A DNA stretch of 64,000 nucleotides. It comes from Azolla caroliniana. Its lineage: Eukaryota > Plantae > Polypodiophyta. How positions within the stretch are numbered: the first letter of the stretch is position 1; each line of letters begins with the position of its first letter. The stretch is taken from NCBI GenBank assembly GCA_043228905.1, contig JBHGNT010000009.1, forward strand, positions 1,240,001 through 1,304,000, in the 5' to 3' direction. The notes below the pieces were generated by a model. It was not told the origin of the DNA and ran no database searches. It saw only the letters and a list, made by a program, of their open reading frames with translations. This document shows, piece after piece, positions 60,201 to 64,000 of this stretch. The position numbers and the translations under genes are program-made.

Positions 60201-62350
60201 TCAACATGTCAGATGCGGAACCGGTCGGATTGTTGGGAGACAGGTCCCTCCGGATGGGAAGGGAGAAGAACAGTGCTGACGAGTACCTGGCTACGGAGAG
60301 TCGGATGGTGAAGAACCGGTGAGAACCGGATGAGGAGTACCCGGCTACGGAGAGCCGGATGGTGCAGACCCGGTGAGAACCGGATGACGAGTGCCCGGCA
60401 AGATCCAGATGATGCAGGCCCGGTGAGGAGCGCTCTCCGGATGAAGAGACATATTCGTAAATATGTTTCTGAGAGTCCATCGTGGTTATATTTGTAAATA
60501 GCCGAAAAGTCATATTAGTATAAATATGACTTAGGGCAAACTTTTGACAGAGTGGTTGTCATTCTTGTTGGTGCAAGAAGACAAAGCGCGTAACTGTGTA
60601 CAGAGAGAGAAAGAGAGAGGAAGAGGTTGTTGCCTCTGTTGTAACCGCCGCCTATGGCGAAGATAGAAAGCTCGAGGTTGTTGCCTTGGTGCTTTACTGT
60701 TGTACACTATAACATAGTGATAGTTTGCAGCCTGTGGGCTGCTGTGGTTTTTCCCTAGTTTGGGTTTTCCACGTAAACATCCTGTGTACTCTCCTCTTCA
60801 CTGTGTCGTGCATTCATTCTTGTTTTTTTTGTGTGTACGATTCTAAGCTAGGTTGTGGAGGAGCGTTGCGCATAGGGGACGTATAGTTCCCGTCACGGAT
60901 CGACACTTCCAGCAAACTACAGGTTATCCGGCAAGCAAAGCCCGAAGACGAAGGTAGAGAAGGCGGATATGATGAAGATACCATATGCCCCTGCCGTTGG
61001 GAGCCTAATGTACGCAATGGTGTGCACCCGGCCGGATATCGGATATGTAGTCGGGGTGGTGAGCCGGTTTATGAACAATCCCGGCAAGGAGCACTGGAAT
61101 GCGGTAAAATGGATACTCCAATACTTGAAAGGCACCTCAAGTATGTGTCTCTGATTCGACTACGGTAAGTCCCCACTTTACACTTTCACCGATTTGGATA
61201 TGTCAGCTGATGCGGATACCAGCCGGTCAACATCCGGATATGTCATGACATATGCGGGGGGAGCTGTTTCATGGCAATCGAGGATGCAGAAGATGGTTGC
61301 GTTGTCAACCACGGAAGCAGAGTACATGGCGGCTGTGGAAGCCGACAAGGAAATACTATGGATAAAGGACTTCATTGAAGAGCTAGGAATCCGACAAGAG
61401 GAATACCGGCTCTATTGCGACAGTCAAAGTGTCATCCACCTTGCGAAGAATACAACGTATCATTCCAGGACGAATCACATCCAATGCAGGTACCACTAGA
61501 TTCAGGAGCGAGTAGAAGACTGAGAGTTCATGCTGACGAAGATCCACACGGAGGAGAACGGGTCGGATATGCTAACCAAGATGCATGCCAGAAGCGGATC
61601 GGATTGACGAAGCATCGCATGCCGGAGTGAAGGGGGAGTTTGTTAGGATCTTGGTCCCTTTGGATGGGATACGAAGGCCCGGAAACGGAAGACCCGGTGA
61701 GAACCGGATGTGGAGTACCCGGGAACGGAAGACCCGGTGAGAACCGGATGTGGAGTACCCGGCAAGGAAGACCCGATGAGAACCGGATGACGAGTACCCG
61801 GAAAGGAAGACCCGGTGAGAACCAGATGACGAGTACCCAAGAAGGAAGACCTAGTGAGAACCGGATGTTGCAAGCCCGGTGAGAACCTCTCATCGGATGG
61901 AAGGGACATATATGTAAATATCTTCCAGAGAGCCCACTAGGGCTATATTTGTAAATAGCCCGAAAGTCATATTAGTATAAATATGACCTAGGGCAAACTT
62001 CATAGTTATGATGATAGAGTTACTAGTGTAACTTTTGTACAATGCGTAAGAGTGAGAGAGAGAGCGATATACAGAGATCGTGTCTCTATTGTAACCGCCG
62101 CTAGGCGAAGATTGTGAGCAAGAGGTTGTTGCTTCTGTGCTCCCTATTGTATTTATTTTTGACATAGTGATAGTTTGGAGTCTATGAACTCCCGTGGTTT
62201 TTCCCTCTCAGGGTTTTCCATGTTAACATCCTATGTATTCTCTTTCTGTTTTGCATACTTACCCCCATTCCCATTTCTTTTGTGTTTGATCGTCATCAAG
62301 TGATCTACCCTTCGGTTGTGGCCGGAGATTATTCCGCATATTTCACGACA
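57281..62350 (+). mobile_element. 5'-truncated Ty1/Copia (Tnt1/Tork-like) with 3' LTR 61641-62350
   Basis: gag LLLGSLPNSWE; PR WVVDSGA; INT VHTDVC..RADNGGEY; RT YMDD; RH; PPT GAAGGGGGAG; LTR with about 39-bp tandem repeats. Confidence 0.9.
60231..60895 (+). repeat. Copia solo LTR inserted in RT
   Basis: TGTTGGGAGACAGG...CGTCA, perfect TSD CGGAT. Same family as 21190-21898. Confidence 0.9.
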
Positions 62351-64000
62351 CCCTGCACGAGGATCCCATCGCGCGTCTGAGCCCGGGTGCTCCCCGACAG
62401 GTCCCGGGATGCAGGCTCCCTCTTTCCCTCTCTGTGTGGAACCGGTGTCGTGTGCGTGAGTTTGAGTTCTAACCGGCGCCGAAGAGCCGGTCAAAACCGG
62501 GTGTATATGTGTGTGTGTTTGCACGCGGACGTGGTTAACAGGGCCGTGACCCATGCCTGTTTTGGGCCCTTGTACATACAAACTGAAGGGCATTGTAGAT
62601 GAGTGCACATCTTCTCACTCCACGGACGGTTATCGGTTGCAGCCGAGAAGAAACCGGCAGTGCGGCAAGATCCCAAGGACTCGAGCCTCCGACAATCTCC
62701 TCTCTCTTGGTCCATGACCCCGGTGGTCCCGCCTAGATCCGACATGCAAGCGCGGAATCCCACGACATATTTGGTGAACCCGACGTGAAGGGTGGCGACA
62801 GAGAGTGGAGGTTGAGGCCGAAGACTTCGAGGGGAGGAGTCGAGGAGCGGCACATTGTCATGAGCGAGATTGAACGAGTCGACCGTTACAGCGGCAGGGA
62901 GGGTGCGAAATGAATCGCCCTCTATTACATGGTGAGAAAGACCGACCAGGCGAAGGTCGGGAATCGGGAAGAAGATGATCGAGGGTGCGGAACGAGTCCG
63001 GCAGGATCGGCATCAGAGCCGAAAATCCAGACATTGGAGAATCAAGCCCAGACAGGGCTTGATCGATCATAGAGCGGATGCTTTCCACAGACAACACTAA
63101 AAGGGTCGGTGGCCCGAATGAGTTGTCCGGAGTTGTTATGAAATCGGTGTACCCACATCTTGACCGGAGTCTTCGGCAGTTCAGCCGGCGTGGCAACGTG
63201 AGATCGAAAGAGAAGGGAGATGGAGGCGGGAGCACAGCAAGGAGAGCGATGACGAGTTCGGGAGAAGTACAAGGGACGGATGCGGAGAATGAAGACCGGT
63301 CCTATGGGTCACCTCACACCGGATCTAGAGACTTCGGCGGTCGGCATCGGATCCGACGTAAGACAAAGATACTGATAGTGGCGGCAGGAGAACAGGACCC
63401 AATAATCCAGAGAATGATGGACGAACCCGGACAAGAACTGGGCGGAACGGAATTCCGGATAACCTATTCGGAAGGGAGGAAGAGAGATATTGTATGTGTG
63501 GTTTGGTGGGGGTGGATGTCGTGAAGTTTCCGCCACATAGTAAGAAACCGAGAGATATTGGAGGGATCGGCGAGGTGCAACGTGTGCACCCATCCTTGTA
63601 AATTTGTATAGGGAATAGGGGCGCCTTTATGGCGCCGAACAACAATAATTATGGGACATAGAATCCCATGTATCGTGGGTCTATCTCACATTCCATGGGA
63701 CCCTCACCTTGTTCTATAAAAGGGAGGGCGCGCCCTTTGTATAGGGGTTCCCAGTTTTTCTCTTGGGTTCCAATTTTGCTCTTTCTCTCTTCAGGCTCTG
63801 TCCTGATTTGTATGCTTTAGGGTTCACAGAGTTCCCCTCTACGGGTTCCATTGTTGTTCCTATGTAATATAACACAACAGTTACTGTTCTACTTCTATGT
63901 CTTCTTCCTTTCGTCTTGTTCTCTTTTCTCTGTTTTTGTTAGGGTTTCTGTGTGACCTTTTTGAAGGTCTTCCGTTCTCTTGAAGATGTGAGTTCGTTCG
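62351..64000 (+). mobile_element. Non-autonomous Phygy-like element with about 750-bp non-coding interior
   Basis: 5' LTR remainder ends CACGACA at 62767; tRNA-Trp PBS 62772-62789; PPT GGTGGGGGTGGA 63505-63516; 3' LTR from 63517 runs off the window. Confidence 0.85.

Overview
Eukaryotic, transposon-saturated plant DNA. The TE clades suggest a non-seed plant such as a moss, which is an inference. The only clear host gene is an intronless dirigent-family gene (33788-34360, -) with a deleted pseudogene copy next to it. The rest is nested mobile elements: tRNA-Trp-primed non-chromoviral Ty3/Gypsy (Phygy-like) elements, several Ty1/Copia elements and solo LTRs, a full-length L1-type LINE inside a non-autonomous hAT element, an ORF-intact chromodomain Gypsy (Tcn1/Tf1-sushi-like, 42364-48006) and a non-coding TRIM-like element (37622-39071). 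The chromovirus and the TRIM share one LTR architecture despite little sequence similarity: an antisense tRNA-like A/B-box cassette, a heat-shock-element array, a TATA box and a tRNA-independent self-priming helix starting exactly 32 nt after TATA. The Phygy-like element has a G_GAU_UUU -1 frameshift signal with a hairpin after the protease. Phygy-like insertions favour RCGY target sites. A telomere-repeat filler sits at a Copia deletion junction. All coordinates were counted by hand and may be off by a few bases.
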